A stretch of DNA of 64,000 nucleotides from an uncultured Actinomycetes bacterium (GCA_963713185.1 CAVQKV010000001.1:419042-483041); one strand, 5' to 3'. Counted from the stretch's first letter, positions 44,215 to 61,686 are shown. Numbers and translations are program-made. The notes: a model not told the origin generated them from the sequence alone.

Positions 44215-45432
44215 TCACATCATGTGCATCGGCTTGGCGTCCAGAGCATCCAGGTACATCCGGATCCCGATCGCCGCCGCGGCGCCTTCGCCGACCGCCG
44301 ACGCGAGCTGCTTGGTCGACCCCGACCGCACGTCCCCCGCGGCGAACACGCCGGGCATGCTCGTCTGCAGGCCCATGTCCGTCACGATCAGCCCCCGGTC
44401 GTCCAGGTCGACGGAGCCCTTCACGAAGCCGGTGTTCGGGTCGAGCCCGATGAACACGAACGCGCCGGCCGGGTGCAGCTCCTCGGTCTCGCCCGTCTCG
44501 CGGTTCCTGAGCTCGACCGCGCCGAGCTTGCCGCTCCCGTCCTCCTTCGGCCGGAACGCGAGGACCTCGCGGTTCAGCAGGACCTCCATCTCGGGCGTCA
44601 TCATCACCTTGTCCTGCAGGAGCCTGTTGGCGGTCAACCGGTCGCCTCGCTGCACGATGGTCACCTCGTCGACGAACTGGGTGAGGAACAGGCCCTCCTC
44701 GAGCCCGCTGTTGCCGCCGCCGAGCACGACGAGCTGACTCGCCCCCTTGTAGAAGGGGCCGTCGCAGGTCGCACAGAAGTGGATCCCCGCGCCGATCAGG
44801 TCGTCCTCGCCGGGCGCGCCCGTCCGCCGGTACGACGAGCCGGTCGCGATCAGGGCCGCCCGCGCGTGGTAGTGGTCGCCGGTCGCGGTCTCGACGTCGA
44901 CCTCCTCGCCGTCGCTCGCGATGGAGCTCACCGAGAGCGCCTGGAGCATCTCGACGCCGTAGCGCTGTGCCTGCTGGACGATGCGATCGGCGAGCTCGGC
45001 CCCGCCGATGCCTTCGGGGAAGCCCGGGTAGTTGTCGAGCCGTTCGGTCACGCCGGCCTGGCCGCCGAGCCCCTTGCTGTCGATCACGAGCGTCTGCAGG
45101 TTCTCCCGGGCGGCGTAGATCGAGGTGGTAAGCCCCGCCGGGCCTCCGCCGACGATGATGAGGTCGTAGACGTGCATCATCGCCATGCGCTCGAGCCCGA
45201 TCTTCTCGGCCAGCTCCTCGTTCGACGGCTCGGCCAGGTGCGACCCATCCGGGAAGATGATCGTCGGGATGATGTTGTTCCCGTCGTTGCGTTCCTGCAC
45301 CGTTCGAACGCCGTCGGGGTCGACCTCGATGTCGTGCCACTCGAACGAGATCCGCTGGTCGCCCAGGAATCGCTTGGCCCTGCGGCAGTCGGGACACCAG
45401 CTCGCGCCGTAGACCTTGATGACGTCGTCCAT
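44215..45432 (-). CDS. Thioredoxin-reductase-like flavoprotein with N-terminal glutaredoxin/NrdH-like domain
   Basis: N-terminal KVYGASWCPDCRRAKRFL (CPxC). This is followed by IIVGGGPAGL, redox CATC (IHFCATCDG), VLGGGNSGLEEG and FAAGDV. Confidence 0.85.
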   Translation of the reverse strand: MDDVIKVYGASWCPDCRRAKRFLGDQRISFEWHDIEVDPDGVRTVQERNDGNNIIPTIIFPDGSHLAEPSNEELAEKIGLERMAMMHVYDLIIVGGGPAGLTTSIYAARENLQTLVIDSKGLGGQAGVTERLDNYPGFPEGIGGAELADRIVQQAQRYGVEMLQALSVSSIASDGEEVDVETATGDHYHARAALIATGSSYRRTGAPGEDDLIGAGIHFCATCDGPFYKGASQLVVLGGGNSGLEEGLFLTQFVDEVTIVQRGDRLTANRLLQDKVMMTPEMEVLLNREVLAFRPKEDGSGKLGAVELRNRETGETEELHPAGAFVFIGLDPNTGFVKGSVDLDDRGLIVTDMGLQTSMPGVFAAGDVRSGSTKQLASAVGEGAAAAIGIRMYLDALDAKPMHMM

Positions 45433-45556
45433 CCCGCGTCCCCTTCGACCCTCCGTCGGCGGTCAGTGGTCGCTGCGGGACCGAGCGTTACACACCGCGG
45501 CACCTGCGTCGACGGCCCGCCGAGCGGCGGGCCCGTGCGTGGGGCAGACTACGCGC

Positions 45557-46225
45557 GTGCCGAACGACGTCCTGCTCGCCCCCTCGATCCTCGCGGCGGA
45601 CTACGCCGTGCTGGCCGACGAGGTCGAACGGGTCCGGGCCGAGTCGGACTGGCTGCACGTCGACCTGATGGACGGTCACTTCGTGCCGAACCTGTCGATC
45701 GGGCCGCCCGTGGTCGCGTCGATCCGCCGCCACACCGACCTGTTCCTGGACTGCCACCTGATGGTGACCGACCCGGGGTTCTGGCTCGAGCAGCTCGCGG
45801 AGGCGGGCGCCGATCTCTGCAGCGTGCACGTGGAGCTGGGTGACCCCACGCCGCTGCTCACGAGGATCCGCGAGCTCGGGATGTCGGCCGGGGTCGTGGT
45901 CGACGGACCGACGCCGTTCGAGGCCGTGGAGCCATACCTCGACGAACGCATCGACCTCCTGCTGGTCATGACGATCGCGGCGGGGTTCGGCGGGCAGGCA
46001 TTCATCCCGGAGCACCTCACGAAGGTGGAGCGCGCCGCGAGGATGCGTCGCGATCGCGACCTCGCCTTCCGGATCCAGGTCGACGGGGGCATCAGGCCCG
46101 AGACCGCCGGCGATGCCGTCTCAGCGGGCGCCGACGTGCTCGTGGCGGGGAGCGCGATCTTCGGGGCCAAGGATCCCCCCGCCGCGGCTCGGGCGATCCG
46201 CCTCGCGGCCGGGGCGAGGCCCTGA
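45557..46225 (+). CDS. rpe: Ribulose-phosphate 3-epimerase
   Basis: Real part of ORF 45416..46225, from GTG 45557. Motifs: APSILAADYA...LHVDLMDGHFVPNLS...DCHLMV...LVMTIAAGFGGQAF...QVDGGI. Confidence 0.9.
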   Translation: MPNDVLLAPSILAADYAVLADEVERVRAESDWLHVDLMDGHFVPNLSIGPPVVASIRRHTDLFLDCHLMVTDPGFWLEQLAEAGADLCSVHVELGDPTPLLTRIRELGMSAGVVVDGPTPFEAVEPYLDERIDLLLVMTIAAGFGGQAFIPEHLTKVERAARMRRDRDLAFRIQVDGGIRPETAGDAVSAGADVLVAGSAIFGAKDPPAAARAIRLAAGARP

Positions 46226-46250
46226 CCCGGGCATCGTCCGAGCGACCCGT

Positions 46251-46270
46251 CGCCTCGACCGAGCGAGGCG
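46251..46270 (+). terminator. GC hairpin CGCCTCG-accgag-CGAGGCG after rpe, no U-tract
   Basis: Inverted repeat 26 nt after the rpe stop. It is weak. Confidence 0.25.
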
Positions 46271-46329
46271 GGAACGGCTACCGTGAGCGCTCCCCCGGCC
46301 GCGTCGGGCCCGGTGAAGGAGCGAACGGG

Positions 46330-54754
<8,425 letters not shown>

Positions 54755-54814
54755 TCTCAGCGCTCAACGGGCAATCATCGCGGATGGGGCGATGTGCGTC
54801 CGCTCGCAGACGGG

Positions 54815-55730
54815 TCAGGTGGTCTCGGCGAGCGGGATCAATCGGCGGGCCTCCTCCTCGATGGCCTCGGCGTCCTGCAGGCGCTCGAGCCATGCCGTCG
54901 GCAGGCCCCGAACCCCGTCGCGGGCGCCGAGCAGGGCGCCGGCCACCGCGGCGTTCGTGTCGGTGTCGCCGCCGAGCGAGACGACGCGCCGCAGCTCGTT
55001 CTCGGCGTCGCCCGGGCGCAGGAGCGCCTGGAAGGCGGCGCCGGCGGTGAACAGGCAGAAGCCTTGATCGGGGCCGTCGATCGCGCGCGAGCCGCCGACC
55101 GCCTCGACCAGGAACTCGAGCTCCTCGCCGCCCTCGAGGTCCTCGACGGCCGTGAGCGCCCGATCGTGCCGCCTCCTCGGCGGGCTCGCCCCGGGTGAGG
55201 GCGGCGACGCAGAGCGTGACGGCCGTGACGGCGGTCCGGCAGCGACCGTCGACGTGCGTGAGGGCCGAGAGGTCGGGGGCGAGCCGGGCGAGCTCGTCGG
55301 GCCGGTTCGCGTAGGCGAGCCCGAGGGGCGCGCAGTACATCACCGAGCCGTTGCCGGCCGAGACCTCGGGGCCTCGCTCGTTCCAGACCGCCTGGGCGGC
55401 GGTCGCGGCGTCCTCGCCGGCGTCGATCCGGCGCAGGACGCGCCCGGTGAGGGTGCCGACGTCGGGCGGGTCCGAGCGGAACCACTCAAGGTGGCGTTCG
55501 AGGAGGTCGTCGGGGTCGAAGCCGTCGCGGGCGGCGAGCGACCGCATCAGGTTCCGGGCCATCGCGGTGTCGTCGGTGGTGGAGCCCGGGGGTTGGTCGA
55601 GCCAGGGCTTCTCGAGAGCGGGGATGGGGTCGGGGATGTTGCGCGCGCGCAGGAACTCGAACGGGGCGCCGAGGGCATCCCCGAGCGCGAGCCCGAGGGC
55701 GCTCCCGATGACGCGATCGGCGAGGTCCAT
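54815..55730 (-). pseudogene. ADP-ribosylglycohydrolase (DraG/ARH family), one frameshift
   Basis: N-part comes from ORF 52989..55730 (MDLADRVIGSALGLALGDALGAPFEF...). After about 55170 the sequence continues in another frame (HDRALTAVEDLEGGEELEFLVEAVGG...SLGGDTDTNAAVAGALLGARDGVRGLPTAWLERL...) to TGA at 54815-54817. It lies 60 nt upstream of, and co-oriented with, the cyclase gene. Confidence 0.75.
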
Positions 55731-55755
55731 GGGGCCGCCGAGCGTACCGCGGGGC

Positions 55756-55794
55756 GGGGCTCGAGGGCGGGGCTCGAGGGCGGGGCTCGAGGGC
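55756..55794. repeat. 13-bp tandem repeat x3 (ggggctcgagggc), each unit containing the palindrome CTCGAG
   Basis: Read directly. It is in the divergent intergenic region between 55730 (-) and 55887 (+). Confidence 0.85.
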
Positions 55795-55886
55795 TCTGCC
55801 GGCGGGGCAGGGCGGGGTAGGCGGCGGTCCCAGAGAGAGAGGTGCCTCGCCCACCGCGCGAGGCGTTCCTAGACTGTCGGTCACGG

Positions 55887-56708
55887 ATGCCGGCTGCCCT
55901 CTCTCTCCCCGCACACGTCCGCCTCGACGAGACGGATCGTGATCAGATCTCTGCGGTGGTCGCCGTAGTGCAGGAGGTGTTGAAGCAGGAGTTGATCGGT
56001 GCGTACCTGCATGGCTCGGCCGTTCTGGGTGGTTTGCGATCCCGGAGCGACATCGATGTTCTCGCCGTCGCGGCACGGCGCATGACGCCAGACGAACGAG
56101 GGCGCCTTGTCACCCACCTCCTCGCTGTGTCGGGAGACGATCCCGACGCAGCTCCGCCGCGACCTGTCGAACTGACGATCGTGGTCTGGCCGGAGGTCCG
56201 GCCATGGCGCCATCCGCCCACGATGGACTTCCAGTACGGAGAGTGGTTGCGGGAGGAGCTCGAGAGCGGGGAGCTCGGGCCCGGGCCGTCGCGAACGAAC
56301 CCGGATCTCGCGCCGATCGTCACGATGACGTTGCTCGGTGAGGCGGTGCTGGTTGGACCCCCGCCGTCAGAAGTGCTCGATCCGGTCCCAGGTGCAGACC
56401 TGGTGGAGGCTCTCGTCGCAGGGGTCCCCCAACTGCTCGACGAGATCGATCCCGACACCACCAACGTGGTCCTGACGCTTGCCCGAGTCTGGAACGGTGT
56501 GGTGACTCAGGGTGTCCAGTCGAAGGACGCGGCGGCCGCGTGGGTGCTGCCACGCCTTTCGTCGGATCACCAGGCGGTTCTTGCTCGAGCTCGCGATATC
56601 TACCTGGGGGTCGAGGCAGAGTCCTGGGACGACCTGCGAGGCGCGCTCCGGCCCTTCGCCGACGCGGTCGTTGCCCACGTACGGGCGGCGCACCAATCTG
56701 GTCTCTAG
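55887..56708 (+). CDS. Aminoglycoside nucleotidyltransferase-like protein (AadA/ANT(3'')-type NTase + DUF4111)
   Basis: ORF 55842..56708, trimmed to ATG 55887. Motifs: GAYLHGSAVLGGLRSRSDIDVLAV (GS...DxD NTase motif) and a C-terminal helical domain with ...LTLARVWNGV...KDAAAAWVLPRL. Confidence 0.75.
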   Translation: MPAALSLPAHVRLDETDRDQISAVVAVVQEVLKQELIGAYLHGSAVLGGLRSRSDIDVLAVAARRMTPDERGRLVTHLLAVSGDDPDAAPPRPVELTIVVWPEVRPWRHPPTMDFQYGEWLREELESGELGPGPSRTNPDLAPIVTMTLLGEAVLVGPPPSEVLDPVPGADLVEALVAGVPQLLDEIDPDTTNVVLTLARVWNGVVTQGVQSKDAAAAWVLPRLSSDHQAVLARARDIYLGVEAESWDDLRGALRPFADAVVAHVRAAHQSGL

Positions 56709-56806
56709 GGACATCCGCCGACGCTCGCGCGAGGGAGGGCCCCGCTCCTTCGAACCAACCGACCCCGAAGGTCTCACCCGCCTCGCTGGTAACCTTGCTG
56801 GCCGCC

Positions 56807-57409
56807 ATGGACAAAGTCGGACCTCGTCATCGGATGTGCCGCCGGGCAGGCGTCCCGCTCTGTGGGCGCCCCAACTGCCCGGCGGTCAAGCGTCCCTACC
56901 CGCCCGGCATGCACGGGCGTGGCCGGAAGCGCATCTCCGAGTACCAGGTCCGCCTCCTCGAGAAGCAGAAGCTGCGGCACATCTACGGCGTCGGCGAGCG
57001 CCAGATGCGCGTCTACTACGACCGAGCGAGCCGCCGGACCGGGGTAACCGGCGAGGAGCTGATCCGCCAGCTCGAGACCCGCCTGGACGCCGTGATCCTT
57101 CGGCTCGGGTTCGCGCTCACGCAGCGGCAGGCCCGCCAGCTCGTCAGCCACGGCCACGTGAAGGTGAACGGGCGCCGGCTCGACGTCCCGAGCGCCCAGG
57201 TCAAGCCCGAGGACACCATCGAGCTCTCGGACAAGGCCAAGAACTTCGTCTACGTCCGAGAGGCGATCGAGCTCTCGCCGGACCCGCCCCCCTACCTGTA
57301 CCGCAACGTCGACCAGCTGCAGGGCACGATGTCCCGCCTGCCCGAACGGGACGAGATCCCGCTCCCCGTGCCGATCGAAGAGCGGTTGATCATCGAGTTC
57401 TACTCCTAG
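56807..57409 (+). CDS. rpsD: 30S ribosomal protein S4 (stand-alone, divergent N-terminus)
   Basis: Real part of ORF 56540..57409. Motifs: RPYPPGMHGRGRKRISEYQVRLLEKQKLRHIYGVGERQM...LETRLDAVILRLGFALTQRQARQLVSHGHVKVNG (S4 domain)...IIEFYS. It is not in an rpsM-rpsK-rpoA context. Confidence 0.85.
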   Translation: MDKVGPRHRMCRRAGVPLCGRPNCPAVKRPYPPGMHGRGRKRISEYQVRLLEKQKLRHIYGVGERQMRVYYDRASRRTGVTGEELIRQLETRLDAVILRLGFALTQRQARQLVSHGHVKVNGRRLDVPSAQVKPEDTIELSDKAKNFVYVREAIELSPDPPPYLYRNVDQLQGTMSRLPERDEIPLPVPIEERLIIEFYS

Positions 57410-57627
57410 ATCTGCCGCGGGTCCTCGCTCCCTCGTTCGGAGGCGTGTCGCGCCGCCAACAGCCAGAGGAGATCGGTCCTCTTCCGACGGCACTCACTCG
57501 CGTGTGATGGGGATGTGACGAGAGCATGAACAAGCGGGGGAACTCGATCGCACAAGGGTTGCGCGGGCTAGGCATGGAGGCGTAGACCGGGAGGAGTCAC
57601 CGACCGGTGCGTCGAGGGGAGGACGTG

Positions 57628-58485
57628 ATGGGGGGAGAGACCGTCAGGATCAAGCCGGATACGATCGTCCTGATCCACGGGCTTTGGATGACGCCCCGAA
57701 GTTGGGAGCACTGGAAGGAGCGCTATGAGGCGCGGGGATACACGGTCCACGCGCCGGCGTGGCCCGGGTTCGAGGTCGAGGTCGAAGCGCTGAACGCCGA
57801 TCCCTCGCCGATGGAGGACCTCCGTGCCGAGACGGTGATCGACGCGTACGAGGCGTTCATCAACGAACTGGATGGCGACCCGATCATCATGGGTCATTCC
57901 CTGGGCGGCGCGATCACCCAGGTGCTGTTGAACCGCGGCCTCGGATCCGTCGGCGTCGGGGTGTCCGCGGCGACCGTCAAGGGGATCCGCGACCTGCCGT
58001 GGTCCACGCTGAGGGCAGCCGGGCCGGCGCTGAACCCCTTCAAGCGCGGCAAGCCGGTGCCGATTTCGGAGAAGGAGTTCCACTACGCCTTCGCGAACAC
58101 GATGAGCGAGGAGGATTCCAAGCCGCTCTACGAGCGCTACGCCGTGCCGGCCGCCTCTGACGTGCTCGCAGACATCGCGCTCGCGAACCTGCATCGCAAC
58201 CCACCGACGGAGGTGGACTTCGCCAAAGAGGGTCGTATCCCCCTGCTCTTCATCGGGTTGGCAGAGGACCACGTCGTCCCGCCGAAGGCCACGATGCACA
58301 ACGAGCGCAAGTACGACGACTCCGTGTCTATCACCGAATACCAGGAGTTCGAGGGTCGGCCGCATTTCCCGGGGGCTCCCGGCTGGGAAGAGGTCGCCGA
58401 CTTCGCGATCGACTGGGCCGAGCGGCACGCAGGGCTGACGGTGGCCGAGCATTCGGCAGCGGAAGATCCCGTCGCCGGAGGCTGA
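57628..58485 (+). CDS. Alpha/beta-fold hydrolase
   Basis: ORF 57607..58485, trimmed to ATG 57628 (RBS GGGGAGGA). Motifs: IVLIHGLWM and the nucleophile elbow GHSLGG. GC is about 60%. Confidence 0.8.
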   Translation: MGGETVRIKPDTIVLIHGLWMTPRSWEHWKERYEARGYTVHAPAWPGFEVEVEALNADPSPMEDLRAETVIDAYEAFINELDGDPIIMGHSLGGAITQVLLNRGLGSVGVGVSAATVKGIRDLPWSTLRAAGPALNPFKRGKPVPISEKEFHYAFANTMSEEDSKPLYERYAVPAASDVLADIALANLHRNPPTEVDFAKEGRIPLLFIGLAEDHVVPPKATMHNERKYDDSVSITEYQEFEGRPHFPGAPGWEEVADFAIDWAERHAGLTVAEHSAAEDPVAGG

Positions 58486-58575
58486 TACGCGCCAGGTTCG
58501 GGCTCGGCGTCCATCCTGCGATCGCCGGTCGCGCGACCGCTGACCCGCCGACCCGCCTCGGGTCATACTGCTCCC

Positions 58576-59034
58576 ATGGCGCAGCCCACCGCGAAGCGTG
58601 AGCTGCTGGCGGACGAGGAGCGGCTCTGGACCGAGCTCCACGGCCTCGTCGACTCGCTGCCGGTGGACAAGGTCACGGAGCCCGGCTACTTCGCCGAGGG
58701 CTGGTCCGCGAAGGATCTGGTCGCCCACATCGGGAGCTGGCTCGCCGAGGCCGGCGTCGTGCTCGAGCAGATCCGGTTCGGCACCTTCCGCGCCGAGGAG
58801 ATCGACGTCGACGCCATGAACGAGGCGTTCTACACGGCGATGCACGACGTCTCGTTCCAGGACGTCCGCGCGCAAGGGATCGCCGCTCGCAACCGGATGC
58901 TGCGCGCCTGGGGATCGCTCCCGGTGGACTCGCCCGAGGCCGATCGATGGATCGGCAAGGCCGGCCCGACGCATTACTCGGAGCACATCCCCCGGCTCCG
59001 CGAGTGGGTGCGGGAGCTCGGCCCGAGGGTCTGA
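58576..59034 (+). CDS. DinB-like four-helix-bundle protein
   Basis: Motifs: ...WSAKDLVAHIGSWLAEA...THYSEHIPRLREW. The family assignment is tentative. Confidence 0.6.
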   Translation: MAQPTAKRELLADEERLWTELHGLVDSLPVDKVTEPGYFAEGWSAKDLVAHIGSWLAEAGVVLEQIRFGTFRAEEIDVDAMNEAFYTAMHDVSFQDVRAQGIAARNRMLRAWGSLPVDSPEADRWIGKAGPTHYSEHIPRLREWVRELGPRV

Positions 59035-59046
59035 CCACGCCCCTCC

Positions 59047-60175
59047 GTGACGGTTCCAGGGCAACTTTCGGCGACGCGAGCCCTGCGGCATACTTCTGCC
59101 CGCATCTCTGCCCGCGCTGACGTCGAGTACGACGACGGGCTGCCGGTGGAGTTCAGCTGGCCGGTCGCGACCGAGACCGTCGATCCGACGGACTTCGAGT
59201 TCACCCTCAACACCGGCGAGACGGTCTTCGGGCACGCGGCCGGCCTGAACCCCAACTGGGAGCTCAACGAGCGCAACACGGTGGTCCCGTTCGGTGATTT
59301 CGGCAACCGCATCGGGAGCGCCGAGCCGGGAGCCGAGTTCCCCGTCAAGCTGGAGATCGTCCCCGATGAGACGCCGCTGATGCTCATCGGGCCGGACGGC
59401 CGGGAGGTGAGCGCGGTCGGGCTCACGTGGACGACCGAGACCTCCCCCTACGACGTCGGCCCGCGGCTCGTGGGCGCGAAGCTCAACTCCGTGGGAACGG
59501 GGCCCGTGGGCGAAGGTGGGGTCACGATGATGGAGCGTGCCGGCGGGGCCATGCCGAACGACGAGTTCTCGCTGTACGAGGAGGGCGACTTCCGGCTGCG
59601 CGTGCTCACATCCGGGGGGTTCTCTCCCGACGGCGTGACCGGCGTGCGACCGGACATGTTCGAGGACTTCTTCCGGCTGGAGGCCACCGGTCCGGACGGG
59701 GAGACCGTGGTCATGGACCGGGTCGGGGTTGACTACCAGGTCAAGGGCGGCACGTTGCGGGTCGTCGGGCTGTCGGACCTGGGCAAGGCCGAAGACCCCG
59801 AGGGGGGATCCATTACGACGACTGCTACGTGGAGGACCGCGACAACTACATCGACATCATCCTGGTCGGCGAGGAGGCCGCCGCCCGCAAGGTCACCTTC
59901 GTCGACATCCCATCGTTGGACGGCGGGTACCGCGCCTTCTACAACCCGGGGGACCAGGCCCCGAGCCGTTCGAAGGGATCCGGTACGCGGCGCCGGGGCC
60001 CCCCGATCGGGAGCCCGTCGTGATCGCGCTGGACGACCCGATGCGGGTCAGCAGGGATGCGGTGACGGGCCCTCCACCATGGCTCCTCTTCGGGGTCGCG
60101 ATCCTGCTCCTCGCGGCCATCGTGTGGATCGTTCGCGCCGTCAGGAAACGGCGGGAGCACGCAGCGGGCGGCTGA
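59047..60175 (+). pseudogene. Unknown-function protein with C-terminal TM anchor, two frameshifts at G-runs; 5' end uncertain
   Basis: Piece 1 (frame 1): DVEYDDGLPVEFSWPVATETVDPTDFEFTLNTGE...GKAEDPEGG. Piece 2 (ORF 59829..60023): (I)HYDDCYVEDRDNYIDIILVGEEAAARKVTFVDIPSLDGGYRAFYNPG. Piece 3 (ORF 59729..60175): GPGPEPFEGIRYAAPGPPDREPVVIALDD...PWLLFGVAILLLAAIVWIVRAVRKRR. Switches are at G6 59802-59807 and G5 59948-59952. Confidence 0.55.
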
Positions 60176-60185
60176 TCATCGGGTC

Positions 60186-60701
60186 CTACTCGTAGAGCCC
60201 CCGCAGGTCGGTCGTGGCCCGCTCCATCGCTTCGCAGATCGCGCGCGCCTCCTCGGGCGGCAGCTCTTGGCTCAAGATCCGGAAGCAGACCGCCTCTTCC
60301 TCCTCGAAGTGCGACTGGACCGTGGCTCGCAGGTCGTGCATGACCGAGCGCAGCGCCCGCTCGCGGTTCGCGCTCGGACGTTCGGACGCGATCCGCTCCA
60401 GCTCGTCGGTCAGGCGAGCGATCTCGCGGTGCTCGCGGGTCATCTCCGCGGTCTCGCGGTCCGAGCCCGTGATCTGCCGGAGCACGGGGAACAGCGTGCG
60501 CCCCTCGCCGACCGCGTGCGGGAGCAGGCCGTGCGCGAAGGCGTCGTGGATCGTCAGGGTCTCGCTGGGTCGGATGACCCTACCCTCCTCGACCGAGCGC
60601 TCGGCTCGCTCGACGGCCGCGATCAGGGGGACGAACTGCCGGTGGCGCTCGGGGAGCCCGTGGCGGCTCTGCTCATGGAGCCCTTCGGCGGCAACAGCCA
60701 T
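60186..60701 (-). CDS. Hemerythrin-like domain protein
   Basis: ORF 60186..60722, trimmed to ATG 60701 (RBS AAGGAGG). His/Glu-rich helices (IHDAFAHG...MTREHREI...HFEEEE). Confidence 0.75.
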   Translation of the reverse strand: MAVAAEGLHEQSRHGLPERHRQFVPLIAAVERAERSVEEGRVIRPSETLTIHDAFAHGLLPHAVGEGRTLFPVLRQITGSDRETAEMTREHREIARLTDELERIASERPSANRERALRSVMHDLRATVQSHFEEEEAVCFRILSQELPPEEARAICEAMERATTDLRGLYE

Positions 60702-60795
60702 AGATGGCCTCCTTCTCTCCACTCCACGCTAGGCGCGGGGTCGGGGGAAAGCCCGGCCGGACGGCCCTACCGCAGGGGGTCCTACCGACACGGGC

Positions 60796-61407
60796 CTAGG
60801 CCGAGGCGCCGGGCGGATCGGCTCTGCGGGACAGGTCTTCGATCACGGCGGCCCGAACCCGTTCTCGGCTCGCCCCCATCTCGGCGAGGAGCCGAGCGGC
60901 GACGCCGTCGCCCTCTCGGACGATGCCCAGCAGGAGGTGCTCGGTGCCGATGGCACCGTGGCCCAGGTGGCGCGCCTCGCGGAGCGCGAGCTCGAGGACC
61001 TTCTTGGCACGCGGCGTGATCGGGAGGTGACCGTAGGGCTCGAGCGATCCACCGCAGCGCCTCGTCGACCGGTGGCGCCGGACCGGCTGATCGAGGGCGC
61101 CCGGACCGAAGGTCTCCTCGATCCGTTCGCGAACCTGGTCGAGATCGATGCCGAGCGATCCCAGCGCTTCGGCGTCCAACCCGAGGACGCCGTCCTGGCC
61201 ACCGCCCACGATGCGGAGGATGGACCCGCGCAGCTGCCTGGGGTTCATCCCGAAGCCGCGCAGGATCCGCGCCGATGCGCTCCCGTCCACGCTCGCCAGT
61301 CCCAGCAGGACGTGCTCGGTCCCGAGGTGCGTATGCCGGAGCGACCTCGCCTCGGCCTGCGCGATCGCCACCGCCTGCCGAGCGTCGTCCGTGAATCGCT
61401 CGAACAC
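60796..61407 (-). CDS. Clp_N-only protein (two ClpC N-terminal repeats, no AAA+ module), ClpC2-like
   Basis: Real part of ORF 60796..61521, from GTG 61407 (RBS GGAAGGGGA). Motifs: FERFTDDARQAVAIAQAEARSLRHTHLGTEHVLLGL and ITPRAKKVLELALREARHLGHGAIGTEHLLLGI. Confidence 0.8.
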   Translation of the reverse strand: MFERFTDDARQAVAIAQAEARSLRHTHLGTEHVLLGLASVDGSASARILRGFGMNPRQLRGSILRIVGGGQDGVLGLDAEALGSLGIDLDQVRERIEETFGPGALDQPVRRHRSTRRCGGSLEPYGHLPITPRAKKVLELALREARHLGHGAIGTEHLLLGIVREGDGVAARLLAEMGASRERVRAAVIEDLSRRADPPGASA

Positions 61408-61408
61408 G

Positions 61409-61639
61409 TCAGTTCCCCTTCCGCCGGAGCCGGCGAACGGCGTGCTTCTTGTGGACGGCCTGCTTGCTGACGTCCAGCTCGCCGGCGATCTCCTGCCACG
61501 ACCACCCCAGGTCGCGGGCACGGGCTACCTGGAGCGCCTCGATCTGCTCGACGAGCCGGCGGAGCGAGGCGACCGCGCGCAGCCCCACCTCCGGGTCGCG
61601 GCTCCCGGCCGCCCGGGCCAACTTGGTTGCGTCGGTCAT
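61409..61639 (-). CDS. Small HTH DNA-binding protein (76 aa), ClpC2 N-domain-like
   Basis: ORF 61409..61738, trimmed to ATG 61639. ...ARDLGWSWQEIAGELDVSKQAVHKKH. Its stop TGA is 1 nt from the GTG of the Clp_N gene. Confidence 0.7.
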   Translation of the reverse strand: MTDATKLARAAGSRDPEVGLRAVASLRRLVEQIEALQVARARDLGWSWQEIAGELDVSKQAVHKKHAVRRLRRKGN

Positions 61640-61642
61640 GGG

Positions 61643-61686
61643 CGTCAATGTACGTTGACGTCCGCGACTTGTCAACCTATGTTGAC
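61643..61686 (-). promoter_or_regulatory. Leaderless-type promoter TTGACA-17-TACATT ending 7 nt before the ATG, overlapped by two palindromes with GTCAAC/GTTGAC half-sites
   Basis: The minus strand reads GTCAACataGGTTGACAagtcgcggaCGTCAACGTACATTGACGcccATG. The -35 is at 61670-61675 and the -10 at 61647-61652. Palindromes are at 61671-61686 (6+4+6) and 61643-61660 (18 bp, one mismatch). Confidence 0.5.
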
